In this document: one piece after another, positions 1-19,935 of the stretch | Layout of the letters: each line of letters starts with the position of its first letter | Position numbering within the stretch: the first letter of the stretch is position 1 | Assembly (NCBI RefSeq): GCF_009914755.1 | Contig: NC_060932.1 | Reading direction: 5' to 3' (one strand) | Source: the human T2T-CHM13v2.0 reference genome, Homo sapiens | Length of the DNA: 64,000 nucleotides | Notes under the pieces: model-generated | Seen by the model: the letters and a program-made list of their open reading frames with translations, nothing else | What the model was told of the DNA's origin: nothing | Database searches by the model: none | Program-made: the position numbers and the translations under genes

Positions 1-685
1 ACATTTGCATGTGCACAGCTGGCTTTGGTGGCAGCAAGATGCCTTAGGCCCTAAGCTTTGAAGGAACTGGCAGAGAAAGTGAATTCTCTATCGTAAAGCC
101 CTGTTAGACCTTTGTAACCTTGTGGAAAGGTGAATGATTCTGGCCTGCGGTCTATGGCAATGCCTAGGAAAGATGTCCAGTCCCAGCAGCTTAAAGCCAA
201 AGGATGAGTGGTCACAAGATTCCAGGGACCTATAGCTTTGAAACACTAGGGCTACAGGGAGCTTTATAAACTCTCATTACTTCTCTATATCCCAGGCTTT
301 AAGATAATGTTGATTTCTCCTTTTCCTTTCACCCCATCATAACCAATCAGGTACTAACCCCTCGGGACTGGGGACTCATTTTTGTTTGTTTTGTCTTTTC
401 CAGTTTCCTCTGTCTCCTCTTTTCTTGTCTTCATTGCCCACAGTATGTGTTAATTTTCTAACTGAGCTCCCTGTCTCTGGTCTCTCCCTATATCCCCTTC
501 CAATCTGTGTTCCACACGCCTGCCATTTAGCTTCCCAAACTACAGCAGAATATTGAAGAAAGAGAAAATAGTTTGAGTTGGACATACATGAATCAGGAAA
601 TTTGCTTTACTGGGTACAAGTCCCTTGACTTCTAGGTTTCAGTGCTTCTATCTGTTAAAAAAAAATAAAAAAATAAAGCAGTATG

Positions 686-1021
<336 letters not shown>

Positions 1022-1119
1022 TTAATATCATGAATCATGAACTTCAAACAACTAGCAGGATGTATGAAATAATGTGGATGCTCTGCTCCCTTATTAAACT
1101 AATAACATTATTATGCTAA

Positions 1120-1757
1120 CCATTCCCCTCCTTAAAAAACCACAATGACTCCCTATGTATGAAGACATACATATATACACACAATTGCAATGAAAGGTAG
1201 TATATCTTTATATGTTATACACACTTACACAGCTTTCTATATCCTGGCTACAACGACTTCTACATTGCTAGTAGAATAAAATCCAAATTCCTAACCCTAC
1301 ATTCAATTCAAAAATGAGAATCAATCCATCTATCTCTCTAGTTGTTCTTCCATTCTGCTTCTTCTATACTGGATGCTTCACCCAAATCATACAACCCACT
1401 GAGCCTCAGGCTATCTCTTTTCTATGGCTTAATTTTTGCTATTTTTTTTTTCACCTCGAAGAACACTTTTCTTGTGTCAGAGTGTTAAAATCAGCCCCAT
1501 ACTTCAAGGCCTCTTGCAGATTCCTCCTCCCTCATAAACTCAGAGTTAATCACTCTGTTGCTGAATGATATTCATAAATTATCTAACATTTCTCTGGCTT
1601 TTGTCATTTCCCTCCTTGCATTGTTGTTAATGCATACACATACCTGTTCGGTCCTTCAGAGCAGCTGCTGTGTTTTATTTAACTTCCTACCCTCAGAAGC
1701 AAGTATAGTGAATGGCACCAGCGTATGTACCCATTAAATGTTTGTTGAATTGAATAG
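1120..1757 (+). mobile_element. L2 fragments
   Basis: AGAATAAAATCCAAATTCCT..., terminal TAAATGTTTGTTGAATTGAAT. Confidence 0.55.
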
Positions 1758-4589
1758 AACTAAATTAAATTATTAGATCTTGAGCAATTGTAGGGTACAT
1801 CTCATGCCTTTTAATCTTAGTGTTATCCATCTCTAATGCTGCTAAGCTTCTGTATCCAGAACCTGTAAGAGAGTTGCAAGGGTCTTATGGACAGCTGCAA
1901 TCTTGGAAGGAACCTGGATGCTCTTCACTTCACCAGTGGACCCTGCTGAGTGACCCTCCTCCCAATGGAGGGCTCAAGATGCCGCCTTTCTGTTCTAATC
2001 TATTATGTACTGGGGCAGAACCACAGACTTATCTGCCATTTCACTCTGAGTGCAAAGAAATGACCAGAGATTCTTGACTGGTGCAGTAATAACAAGAATT
2101 TCCTAGAGGACTACCCTAGAAAAAATGTCTGGTTTCTTACCTAAAACTTCACAATCCACTTAAGAAACAAAGGTATTTTCTTCTTCTCATGTTACATTTA
2201 TTCACAGTCTGAGTTTGCTGGGAGGCTGGAATGATTGCCAAGCCTTGTGCAGCTGGAGTGTCACACAGTAACACGTGAAGTTTACCATTTCAAGAAAGAA
2301 GTGGGGATGACAAATTCTGTTTTTTCTGGGGGCCAAATAAGAATAAGTGGTCTTTTATTTTTAGCAGGAGAGAATTTGGTTAAAAGTAAGGAAGATCTGT
2401 CAGATAACAAATTGTTTAAGTATGCAAAAAACATACAAAATGAGTAATAAGGTTTCTTTATTATTGCTAGACAACGTTAGGATTTATCTATTCATCTACC
2501 TGTATGATTGGCTGCATTATGAAAATGTGGAAATAGACCAGGAACCTCTATCAATTTTTATATGTCATAATAAGGTTATAATAATACAGTACAGTATAGT
2601 AGTCATAGTTTCCTCATCTGCAAAATGGAGAAGTTAATGAAATTATATTGACTGCTATATTTATTATTTTATTTATTGGTAGAAATAGAGTTGCATGTTT
2701 TCATACATATCACAAGATTATGTAACATACAGGAAAAATAAAATTATTCATGCAATATACTTAGTGCACTCTCAATCTCAATATACTTAGTGTCTTAACT
2801 AAGGGCATATAGTAAACCCTTAGTTAATAAATGATAATTGCGGATGAAGATGGAGGAGGAGCAGGAGGAGGAGAAGAATCGAATAGATGGCTACATATAT
2901 AAAAATTGTTTTCTAAGGGACGTAGCTGGGGTCTCCTGTATGCAACATGGAATGAGAACATGATCGTGAACTTACTAGCCATATTATTTTGGGAAAGTTA
3001 CTGAAATTCTTTGGATTTTGGTTTTGTCTGTAATTTTGGGGTGACATTATGTACCTCACAAGAGGTTATAAAAATCCAATGAAAAAACATAGCACAAGTT
3101 TTGGTACACACTAGGCACCTCTACATGTATCTAGAAATGAGTAAATGGTGGAAATTTGAATTCTCTTTATCCATTCCAACAAATGCATAAAATGATAAAT
3201 AGAGTCCTCAGCATAAATGCATTTGTTCCACTGGTAAGCCCAGACACAGTCCCAGTCCTACATTTGGAGCAAGTCACCACTCCTTTCATGGTATATTTTG
3301 ACAAATACCAAGAAGTTCCTTCCATGTCATCATGAAATCTCACTACTAGCAGCTTTCTACATGTCATTATCCCTCTCTCTATGAGCTTTTAAATTAAATG
3401 TAAATCATCTTATTAAGTGTCAATATGTCAAATTTTTGGTGCCTTAGGAAAGGAAAATTCTTTCAGTGAGCAATTATTAAGCATCTCTTTATGTTCCAAC
3501 CTCTGCACTAAGAAGAAATTCCTGGTTGCTTTCAAGATTCAGAGCATGTACTGGTGTTCTGGAAAAGTTAGAGGGGCTAAGCATTGAAACAGTAACGGGT
3601 GTTCCCAAAGCTGCAACCTTGTCTTTATTAAATGAATGAAGATCCGTGGCTTTGGGTGAGGCAAAAACATTTGGCACAGTGAGGTTCCCTACAAATTCTT
3701 AATATCTATGGGCATACAACCCACTTAAGGTTTACTATTGCTCTTACATAGCATTTTTCTGTTAAATAAAACAAGTAATGTAACCTAAAAGAAAGTTAAG
3801 AATAATTGTCTTTTATTTTAGATATTTCTAAGAATGCTGAGAAAGTAAGAATATGCCAGTATGTAATACTTCATAAACCTAACTATCCTGAGGGAATGCT
3901 TAAACACGTGCATGCATGGAAGCACTCCTAACTATGCATGGCAGGCAATAAGAAGCCATTGAACTTGCAATGTCGAAGATATTGAGATGTCTTTGCAGAT
4001 CAATTTACTGTCCTGCTGAACTCTATTTCCTGCCTGTTCTTTGATTCATGTGCACTTGCCCGCCCACAGAAAGTTGCAGAGCTTCCGATCCTTTGGATTG
4101 CTGGCACTTGGGACAAAGAAGTGCTTGTTTTTTTGCTCTCCTCCTTTTTACAATGCACTTCCCCCACCTCCAAGTGTTAACCTGCCCTACCAGAGCCAGG
4201 GAGAGGGAATTAAAGAGAACATGTAAAAAAAATGGGAGGGTGATGGCTGTGCCCAGATTTCAGCTTTTGTTCTCATCTTAGGCCTTAACTGCTTGCTCCA
4301 TTAACTTTGAGGAATTGGAGACAGAAGAAGGAAAGAATTGGTACTTGCTGATGTTATCGAGATCTTACCCACCAAAGACACCATTTAGGACCTGGCCTGC
4401 TCAGAATTACCTTGTCCTGTAGGTCAAGTGCACCAAAAGGGTTGGCCACAGCTCGACAATTAATTAGCTGGGATTCTTCTCAAGATATCACACGTAATGG
4501 TCAATTCTGACAAAGAGCAACTCATTCCATCAGTCTCACACTGGTCTACCTCCTTTCAATCAACTGCCCAGTGAGAGGCCAGAGGGATC

Positions 4590-4735
4590 CAGGTATGTGC
4601 TGGAGCTGGCTTGTGCAGGTCCTCAAGAGCTGATTGTGAACACTCAGTCTAATAGTGATGGTCAGGGAGGTTGAAATGAGCCACCAAGGGAGTATTTACA
4701 CCATGAGAAACAGCACACACACAAAATTGGGGCTT
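4590..4735 (+). mobile_element. Old DNA-transposon-like interspersed repeat (MER63-like; family uncertain)
   Basis: GTGCTGGAGCTGGCTTGT...AGAGCTGATTGTG...GGGAGTATTTACACCA. Confidence 0.4.
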
Positions 4736-4873
4736 CTCTTTTTTCTTCTTTTGCATTCCCTCTCTCCCTCCCTCCCTTCTTACTTTCTTCCCCTCTCTCC
4801 CTCCCTTTCTTTCTCTCTCCTTCCCTCTCTTCTCTTTCTCCTTTTATTTATATATAATATTCATCTATTTATC

Positions 4874-4878
<5 letters not shown>

Positions 4879-4927
<49 letters not shown>
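4879..4927. repeat. (AC)n microsatellite, ~24 units, preceded by a CT-rich tract
   Basis: Seen directly. Confidence 0.95.
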
Positions 4928-4928
<1 letters not shown>

Positions 4929-5144
4929 TTGCCTAAACCCCTGTTATGCTGTGGGCTGGACTAGGTGCCTTTAAAAAAACAAAAACAAAACAAAACAAAA
5001 CAACTTTTTTTGCTTCCCCATAATACTCTTTCTTTTTTAATTACTTCTTAGTCACATGTGTATTTATTGGTTCTTCAATTCTCCACCCTCACCCTATGTT
5101 AAGCTTCTTGATGGCAGGAACTTAGCCTTATGCAGTACATAGAA

Positions 5145-5146
<2 letters not shown>

Positions 5147-5225
<79 letters not shown>

Positions 5226-5230
5226 TATAT
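5147..5230. repeat. Compound (CT)n(AT)n(AC)n microsatellite
   Basis: Seen directly. Confidence 0.95.
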
Positions 5231-5486
5231 TTTTTGCAGATAAGAAGAAGGATGGAAAGAAGCAAGGGATAGGATTTTGTGGAAGTTCCATATTGCTAAT
5301 TATTGAGTGGGAAATATCCCTGGGCAATTAAAATATGTACTTGGATCTTTTAGGCCAGTGTTCTGGGAAACAGGTGCACAAGTCTTGATGTTCTGTATGT
5401 GACCCAGATGGCCCACATGGTCCCCTGACTTGGATCATTTTTCTCCCCTCAAAGGGCTTCCTTTGCTTCAAAGGGCTTTAGATTCA

Positions 5487-5943
5487 TGTATGAGTTTTTT
5501 TTTTTTATTGTTGCTGTAACAAATTACCACAAGTATAAGTGGCTTAAAACAACACAGATTTTTTTATGTTGCAGTTCTAGATTTCAGAAGTATAAAATTT
5601 GAGTTACAGGTAGGACTGCATTCCTCCTGGAGGCTCCATGGGAGAATCTGTTTCCTTGCCTTTCCCAGCTTCTAGAGAATAGCTACATTCCTTGGCTTGT
5701 TGTCCCTTTCTCTATTTTCAAAGCCAGCAGTCTAAACTCTTTTTTATTGACCTCCTGCCTCCATCTTTTAAGGATGCTTGTAATTATGTTGGACCCACAC
5801 AGAGAATCAAGGATAATCCCAATATCCTTAATTTCAACACATACGCAAATTCCTTTTACCATGCAAGGAGACATAATCACAGGCTCCAGGGATTAGGATG
5901 TAGACATCATGGGGGCAGGGAGGGGCACACATTTTCAACCACA
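5487..5943 (-). mobile_element. MLT1 (MaLR) solo LTR
   Basis: GCTGTAACAAATTACCAC...GGCTTAAAACAACAC...GGGAGAATCTGTTTCCTTGCCTTT. Confidence 0.8.
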
Positions 5944-6295
5944 AATGGGCAATGTTCCTCCCTATTTGTTAAGATAACAGCAAACGAACCAAACTGAAAG
6001 GCCACAAAATGAGCAAGAGTACTTTATATACTGTAAAGTATTTTGCTCAGAGAGCCCCATGATGATGAAGATTATTCCTTTCTTTTTTTTTGGCCCTGTC
6101 TCCTTCCTGTGGAAATCAGATAGATTCTTTAGACATTCTCTTGATTCCCTAGACATCGTAAGAGCAAACCACATACTAATCTCTCTTTATCTTCATTAAG
6201 TGGACACTCTAGAAGGCCCTCACTTGGCTAACGACAGCTTGCCTATACAGATGTCTTCCTGGGCTCTCTACAGCACACATTCAGGGCACGGTTCT

Positions 6296-7001
6296 TGTAA
6301 CTACCCAGTGGGTTCTTCTTGCCCACTGCCTAGACAGAGCCTATTTATCAAGACAGAAATTGTAATGGAGAAAGAGTAATTCATGCAGAGCCGGCTGTGC
6401 TGGAGACCAGACTCTTATTATTACTCAAATCAGTCTCCTCGAGCATTTGGGGATCAGATATTTTAAGGAAAGTGTGGTGGGTGTGGGCTCGGAAAGTGGG
6501 GAGTGCTGATTGGTTGGGTTGAAGATGAAATCACAGGGGATGGAAGTGAGTTCTTTTTGCTGACTTCTGTTCCTGGGTGGGATTGCAGAACCGATTGAGG
6601 CAGTTCCAGGTGGTATCATCTGCTGCATCGGAATGAAGGGTCTGCAAAATATCTCAAGCACTGATCTTAGGTTTTACAATAGTGACATTACTCCCAGGAG
6701 CAATCTGGGGAGGTTCAGACTCTTCAGCCAGAGGTTGCATGGCCCCGCAAACCATGATATCCAATCTTGTAGCTAACTTGTTTGTCTTGCAAAGGCAGAT
6801 TGGTCCCCAGGCAAGGAAGGGGTTTTTCGAGAAAGAGCTGTTATCCATTTTGTTTCAGAGTTCAAACTATAAACTAAATACCTTCCCAAGGCTAGTTCAG
6901 CCTACAGTCAGGAATGAACAAAGTTTAGAAGTTAGAAGGAAGATGAAGTCGATTAGGTCTGACATAATTTCCTCAGTTATAATTTTGCAAAGGCAGTTTC
7001 A
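6296..7001 (-). mobile_element. LTR8-like (ERV1) solo LTR
   Basis: TG...CA termini; the reverse complement starts TGAAACTGCCTTTGCAAAATTAT, as in the recalled LTR8 consensus. Confidence 0.8.
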
Positions 7002-8355
7002 GTCTTAGATGCCCTTAGGAGCCAGACAGGTAGTATAAATGAGAGAAACTGGCCAGGTGCAAGACACAGGGAGTGATAGGGACTGTGTCTAATGAAAAAG
7101 TCTTTCTCTGCACAAAAGGTTTAAAGTTGAATGTTGTCTTAAGCATTATGACAGCCAAATGAAACATGGCAACGGGTGGTATATTGTCCTTGGTCCAGCC
7201 ATTTGATTCCAGTGGGAGGGTCTGGGTGAGGGCTTTATTTTTATCATCTCTGGCAGCTCCTTTTCTGCTGATTCCATTCTCCAAAAAGAATGTGCACTCA
7301 TTTGAGGCAGAAACCTCTATGTCTTCATAATTTTCTTATCCTCTTTCCCTTACATCTATATTTTTTTTCTAAGAAAATTTCCGCATGTAGCTATTTCATT
7401 AGATGATACATAGAAAATTCTCTGTAAGCCAGCTTCAGTGTCACAGTCATCGGCTAATACCCAAAGGGCTGTGGCAATTACCTATTTTGTATTCAGTTAT
7501 TTATCCAAAATTTACTTAAATATATTTATCATTTTATGTCATAAGTTCTGGCTGAAGTGTTGGTAATCTTAACCCTTACTTCTTTTCCGCTATAGATTTC
7601 CTAACAAGGAATTTTATCCAAAAGGAACAATGGCCAGATGAGAATCAAATTCACAATTTAGAAGTATCTGGAAGTAAAATACTTAATGACAACTTACTTG
7701 AATGTAGATTGAGAAAACATGAGTTAAAATAAATCTGCTTATGTCTTCAGATACAAATGAAATCTCTGGCTTCCAGATTCCCATGAGTTGAGGTTGATTG
7801 GCTGCAAGTGGGCCCAGAATTCACTCATGCAACTAACTCCACAGAGTAGAAGGAATAGCCAGAAGGCAGGGGCCAGACACTGTAGAATTACCTTCCACAT
7901 AAACCCAAAAAGGGAGATGTTTAAGATTATGCAGGGGACTTAAACTTTAAGACAAAGCAACACTGTTCACTAGTAAAACATGGCTCAATGAATGTTCTGG
8001 GCTCTGACAAATTACATTTACAGCCCAGTTTAAGGAGGAGTTATCAAGACACATGTAGAGAAGGATGTGGTGAGTGGCAATGATATATCCCCATTCCTAA
8101 TATTGTAATATTTACCAAATTCTAGTCCTTTCTGTATGGCAGGAACTGTTCTATGACCCTTATCTACGTTGTGTCTAATCCTCTGTATATCCATAATATA
8201 TTGTGCATATGTGTATCCACCACTGCACTCATACAAGGCTAGATTCTTAACAGGGCACTTAACTAATGTTTACTAAATAACTATAATGCTTAGAACAAGA
8301 AAACTTTAACTATGCTGGGCTGTGTGGATGTTATTTGAGAAAGCCCTTAATCATT

Positions 8356-9130
<775 letters not shown>

Positions 9131-9237
9131 GACAACAGTCTTCAGGGGCAGTTGAATAACAGCCAATGAGAGAGACTCATTCCTATTCAGCTGGGCTCAG
9201 CACATGATCATGGGGGCATGCATTTTTAGATTTTAAC

Positions 9238-9534
<297 letters not shown>

Positions 9535-9681
9535 ATTTGGGTTTTTATATCCAAATACCACTAACTGGAGACTGTCTTATTTCCATGGAAGACTTCATCT
9601 TAGATAATAGAGAAGTGACGTTGCTAAGATAAATTCCCATGATTGGCTAAAGCCTGCTGTTGTGAGCTTATGTAAGTCACT

Positions 9682-10194
9682 TGTGATGGTTAATTTTGTA
9701 TGTCAACTTGACTGGGCTAAGGGATGCCCCAGTGGCTGGTAAAACGCTATTTCTGGTGTGTCTATGAGAAGAATTTGGAAAGAGGTCAGCATTTGAATCA
9801 GTAGACTGAACAAAGACCATCTGTGCTTACTAATATGGAGGAGTATTATCCAATCCCTGAGGACCCCAATAGAACAAAAAGATGGAAGAAAGGTGAATTC
9901 TCTCTCTTCTTGAGCTGGGACATGCATCTTCTTTTGCCCTTGGTCATCGCAGCTTCTGGATTTCTGACCTTAATATTCTAAGGCTTATACCAGCGCCCCC
10001 ACCACTTGTTCTCAGTTCTTTGGACTCAGACTAAATTGTACCACTGGATTCTCTGGTTCTCCAAATTACAGATGGCATATTGTGGGACTTCTCAGCCTCC
10101 ATAATCACATGCGCCAATCCCCATAATAAATTTCTTTTTATATATCTATACGTATTCTTATGATTCTGTTTCTCTGGAGAACTCTGACTAAACA
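9682..10194 (+). mobile_element. MLT2 (ERVL) solo LTR
   Basis: TGTGATGGTTAATTTT..TGTCAACTTGACTGGGCTAAGGGATGCCC ... TCTCTGGAGAACTCTGACTAAACA. Confidence 0.85.
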
Positions 10195-10964
10195 ACAACA
10201 TCAACTAAATTTTTTGAGCTTCCACACTCTCATTAGTATAATTGGGAGAAAAATATGCCCCAGAATTATCTGAGATTACAAACGTGAAAGTACTATGAAA
10301 CCATAAATATCTAATACAAGGAATGGCCATTTCCTCCAAAGGTCCTGTTGATTAAATTCAATTCCAATTTTCAGCCTTCCTCATTGACCTGCTGCAGAAT
10401 AAAAGAGCCTTTTTATACTAGAAGGAAGCTGGGCCTGGGCTGGGACTCAGACACACAGATTTCCCCAAACTGTCATTGAGTCAATAAGAGTGATTGACAG
10501 CAGATGAGCTTGCAGCTCACCATGACCCAAGGGTCTCTTTTATCCTGGATGCCTGACACCTTGCCAGTCACGTCATTGGTGATTCATCCTGTGGCCTTGA
10601 ATGTGCTTCCTCCATTTGACCCCTATGCATCTCCACCTGTTTATCCTGACATTCACTACTTTCTCCTTACCCTTCCTGCCTCCCACCTGAACAATGACAT
10701 CAAGGCAATGACGGCAAACAGCAGCAGTTGGATTGCCAGGTGATAGACTTCTGAAATGATTTCTCTTCTATCAATGCCTCCAGCAGCTTTGTCTTCCTGT
10801 GTGGCTTTATCTCTCAACACAATCATACAAACAAAAACTAGAAAATGTCTTTAATGCTGAATTAGAGGAGACATTTGCATCAAAATGATCAAAAAGCATT
10901 CCAGATTATAAAGGATTTCCTAGAACCTGAATGGCATCAAAAAGTCTTTTACTGACAGCAATGG

Positions 10965-11175
10965 CATAAGCTCTGGGGCCAGATGGATATGGGTTCAAAA
11001 CTAGACTCTACCACTTGGAAATTAAGTGGCCTTGGATGAGTTAATGTAATGTCTCTGAGCCACGGTTCCCTCATTTATAAAATGTGAATGAAAAATCGTA
11101 GAACTTTCCTTATAGTTTATTGTGTAAGTGTCTACTGAGTTGTAAGCCCTCAATAAATGTTTGTTCAATGAATGA
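10965..11175 (+). mobile_element. MIR with L2-like tail
   Basis: GGGTTCAAAA..GACTCTACCACTT...CTCTGAGCC..GGTTCCCTCATTTATAAAATG. Confidence 0.6.
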
Positions 11176-11276
11176 TCAGGTAGAGATTGAACAAGGCAAT
11201 TCATATACCTGACGTGGTGCATGGCACAAAATAAACTGTCAATGTACGATGGTATTACTATTACTTATAGCGCACA

Positions 11277-11636
11277 TCTTAGTCTGCACAAAATACTTAA
11301 GACTGGGTAATTTATAACATTATACATTTATTACTCACATTAATGGAGGCTGGTAACTCCAAGATTAAGACACTAGTTAGTTTAGTGTCTGGTGAGTTCC
11401 CAGTCTGCTTCTAAGATGGTGCCTTGTTTCTGTGTCCCCCAGAGGGGAAGAATGCTGTGTCCTCATGTGGAAGAAGAGATGGATGGGCAAAAGGGCCTAG
11501 CTAGTTCTCTGCAACCCTTTAGGACATGATTATAGCCTAGTCATGTCTTAAAGGACCCACCTCAACGCTGTTGCATTGAAGATTCAGTTTTGCCATGAAT
11601 TTTAGAAGAGACAGAAACATTCAAACTATTAGAACA
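11277..11636 (-). mobile_element. MST/MLT1A-type MaLR LTR
   Basis: AGACTGGGTAATTTATAA...CTTCTAAGATGGTGCCTTG...CATTCAAACTAT. Confidence 0.7.
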
Positions 11637-11711
11637 CCACTTCATCCCAAGAATTGTCCAGGTCTCTTCCTTATACTTTCTTGTCCCTTCCTTGTCATAA
11701 GAACTTTGCAG

Positions 11712-11945
11712 AATAATTAAAAGTATAGACTCCAAAGCTAGATTATCTGGATTTGAATCCTGGCTAAACCAAATTGGGTTGGATATCTAACCTTCCCTGT
11801 GTTTGTTTCCTCACAGGCATAATGAAGGTAATAATATGTGTTTCATACAATTGTGAGGATTCAGTGAGTTTATTCATTCATTAGGCTTACAACAGTGCCT
11901 AAAAGATAATACTCAATGAAATTAACTTCTATTTGTTAATTATTA
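11712..11945 (+). mobile_element. MIR
   Basis: GGATTTGAATCCTGGCT...TTGTGAGGATT...ACAGTGCCT. Confidence 0.55.
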
Positions 11946-14900
11946 TTGGAGTTTCTATAGTTTGACTCTTGGAAAGTCCAGACACAAGGAAGATTCCTCC
12001 AAAGGCATTCTCCTTGGATCTTCATTGTGTATCACTTTGCATCCTCCGACTGATCTCTTTGTAAGTCTATATTGTATTGTTTCCCTGGACTATGACTTAC
12101 TCCAACAACTAAGGTCATGCTTCCTCCCTCTTTCCCTACTGCTCCTAGCATACTGCTGGGGTACTTTGATATTGCGTCTACTTTTGAAAAGTGTGTGTTG
12201 CAGAATTGGCATAAGATGACATCTTTTAAACGACAAAGCTGTAAATCTTGCAAGACTTTAGCTATACTCTCATATACCTCTTGTCTTTCATGAGTGAAAA
12301 ATGTAAAGAGGTTGGAACTTGACCACAGACACCTGGTTAGTTAGCAGCTGATTCTCAAAACCAGGTCTCTTAACTTTTAGCACAGCACTTTTTTTCACCC
12401 ATGAGTGAAACAGCTATTTAGAAAAAAAAAAAAAAGAGATTCCCAGCCTATGGATCCTAAAAACTTGCTTTAAAAATGTGAAACCATGATCCTGGTTTTT
12501 GGAGGATAAGAGCCATATTTTGCTGGATATTCACCTGAGCAAATAGGAAATATGAACAAGTCTGAAGACCTGAGAGGACCTTTTGCTTTTCTTCTCCACC
12601 TGGTCCAGGTACAAAGCGAAATGTGGCAATGCAAAGAGAGTTTAGCATGGTAAAAAGAAATAGGTAATATTATAGGATGCATTTGCACGGGTCAGGAACT
12701 TGGCTGCTGCTACTCACTTCTCTTTGTCCCTTGTCTACTTTCCATCTCAGGGACTCAGTTACTTCGTCTGTTAAATAAAAGGATTTGAACTGGCTGTGTT
12801 CCAAATCCTCTTCCCATTCTAGCATTCTGTGAGACTAGCTATGAATGGATGCTAAGTAGATAGTCTGTGCACAAGTATTTCATTTACTATTACCTCATGC
12901 TCCAGCCGGGAGGTTCTGTATTGCCAAAATTATTTTCATACAATGCCTCTCTTTGAGTGACACATGGGTAACTGTTAAACATGACTGTAATGTGAGAATA
13001 TGAGTTAAATTAGTGTAAAAACTGTATGCCTCACAATTTCCAGATGTTAGTATTTCGTAATGTTGTCATTTCTCTTTTTTCTGTTCAGATGTTCAGCAAA
13101 TAGAAGGCAAATGGCCGTAGGAACCGTCTCCCTGCAACACATTTCTTTCAGCTTGCTTCAACCAATTTCTTCTTGGGGATTCACATGCTCTCTGAGGGTT
13201 CACCAAAGTAAAACTGTCTCTTAGAATATCTCAGCATGGTGGCAATGCCTCCCTTGTGTATTGCCTAAAATATTGGCTCTTATGTGACTTTGAACACTTG
13301 AAAACACAGACAGCCTGGTGGTAGATAGTATTTACCCAAATTAGAGAAATTAAACTCTGAACTGTTCAAGTTTTAAGCAATCAGTTCCAGTTAGTACACA
13401 TTCAATTCCAACCTTAAGCATCAAAGAGAAAAAGTGATTTAGCAGCGAGAGCTGCTGGTAGGCAATCAACATAAAATATCCATAAATGCCAAAGCCGAAT
13501 ATTGATCAGGAGGTTTTCTTTTGCCTACTGTCTATCAGCTGTGATACCTAAAGGCTGTTTCTTTTATTAGACAAGATGGGAAAAGAGGCAAACAATTTCA
13601 GAAAGAGATTAAATCTCCTTTGTATGGTACAAGAAGGTTATAAAGCCATAATAGAAAAGCTGTAAATAATTCTACCATTAAAATCGTTGTTGCCTTAATC
13701 TTTTTTTTATTATTAAAGTTAATACCAAGTTCTTTTGTTCTGGATACTTAGGAGAAAATGTGCTTTCCCTTAGAAGCTAATTCATGTGGCTGGGCTGAGC
13801 TATGTAACCCCAGGGGATCATGGTTTCTATTGTACACTACACATTTATTTATCAGATAGAATGTGTGGGATGGTGCCCTCAGAAATGTGCAATGGAAAAG
13901 CCATACCAAATCGGAATGCAAACACGGGATGAAAGGGAATGTGAATCAACACAAAATATGTGTGTATACAGACATGTTATATATTTTCTGATTAGGAGAG
14001 CCCTAAGAACTATAATATAAATAGGAAAGTAAGGCTCAAAGAAGTTAAGTAATTTGCTGAACTAAGCAGGGTGGCCTAACTTCTGTGACAAACCGCAATA
14101 GAAACTCAATGTTTCAGCATTGTACAGTATCTATTTCTTACTCACATCATGATCTGATTGGAAATAATGGCACTCCAAGTAGAGATTTGGAGACCCAGTT
14201 CCTTCTGTCTGTTGGTCTGTTCCATGGCCTCAGAGGTCTGCAGAGGATACTCTGCTAATGCAGACAGGGAAGAGAAGAGAGCCCAAAGGGTCTTCTGAAA
14301 AAATCTGGGTAGAGCCAGGCTGGAAGTGACTGGTCTATATCACATCTGCCTATATTCCATGAGCTGGAAGTCTGTCATAAGCATCATGAATCTGCAGGAC
14401 AGTCTCTGTGTGCCCAGGAGGAATGGGAAATGGGTTTGGGAACATAGTGCCAGTGCATTGTCTTTGCTACTTGCTGCCAGAGTTACCAAGCAGATTGGGA
14501 ATTTCTTCTCTGTAGCTTCAAATTCTATCCTTTTTCCACTCCACAAAGCTCTAGAATTCATCCTCTGAAAGATTTTTGACACGGATTACAATAACAGCAG
14601 TGCTTGAGGTCAACAAGGGACTGAAATATCATCTAGATGTTTCTAAAATGTCTCATTTGGATTTATATTGACACAAAGTTGAGTATTTGACTGAATTTTC
14701 CAGATCTCATTCATGTTTAACTCAGACATGACCCAGCAGTTGCTTGGAGATATTTGGCCTGATGGAATTTATAATGCAATGTAATCTTAAGAATGTTCTT
14801 GTCTCTGCCCCTGTTGCTTTCTCTCTCTAAGGCCTCATCTTTGAGATTTTAGCTATGCCCGTTGTTTCAACTGTAAATGCCATGTGGTCTACTCTCCTAT

Positions 14901-14960
14901 ATGTTCATATTTTTAGCACCTCCTTCTTCCTCTCTTCTCAGCTAGAGGGCTCATATCTAA

Positions 14961-15307
<347 letters not shown>

Positions 15308-15369
15308 CCCACATGCTCTTATTAACATATATAACATTGCAACTTAGTTTTTTCTTACAAGACATGTCT

Positions 15370-15850
15370 ATTTTGTTTTAATTTTTAAAATATTTTTTAA
15401 TTTAATTGATGAAAATTATATATATGGTGTACAACTTGATATATGTCACCATTTTGGAATGGCTAAATCAAGTGAGTAAACATATCTATTACCTCACATA
15501 CTTTTTATTGTGAGAACACTTAAAATCTACTCTATTCACAATTTTCAAATATATGATACATTATTATTAACTATAGTCACCATGTCATACAATAGATCCT
15601 CTAAACTTATTCCTCTTGTGTAAGGAATTTATATCCTTTGACCAACATCTCCTCAATCCCAATCCCCACTCCCCAGCTCCTGGTAGCCACCATTCTAGTC
15701 TCTGAATCTATGAGTTCAGCTTTTTAAAATTCCACATATAAGTAAGATCATACAATATTTGTGTTTCTGTGCCTGGTTTCTTTCACTAAACAATGTCCTT
15801 CAGGTTCATCCATGTTGTTACAAAGGGCATGCTTTCATTTTTTTTTTTCC
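15370..15850 (-). mobile_element. Old L1 (L1MA-like) 3' end; host of the L1PA insertion
   Basis: Typical L1M 3' UTR antisense text (ATTATTAACTATAGTCACCATG, TTCCACATATAAGT); resumes at 21430 (TTTTTTAAGGCTGAATAGTA). Confidence 0.75.
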
Positions 15851-16117
15851 CTTTGATTTTCTTTTTTATTTATTTTTATTTTTTTATTTTTTATTTTTAT
15901 TTATTTATTTTATTATACTTTTAAGTTTTAGGGTACATGTGCACATTGTGCAGGTTAGTTACATATGTATACATGTGCCATGCTGGTGTGCTGCACCCAC
16001 TAACTCGTCATCTAGCATTAGGTGTATCTCCCAATGCTATCCCTCCCCTCTCCCCCCACCCCACCACAGTCCCCAGAGTGTGACATTCCCCTTCCTGTGT
16101 CCATGTGATCTCATTGT

Positions 16118-19872
<3,755 letters not shown>

Positions 19873-19935
19873 TATGATGTTAGCTGGTGATTTTGCTCGT
19901 TAGTTGATGCAGTTTCTTCCTAGTCTCGATGGTCT

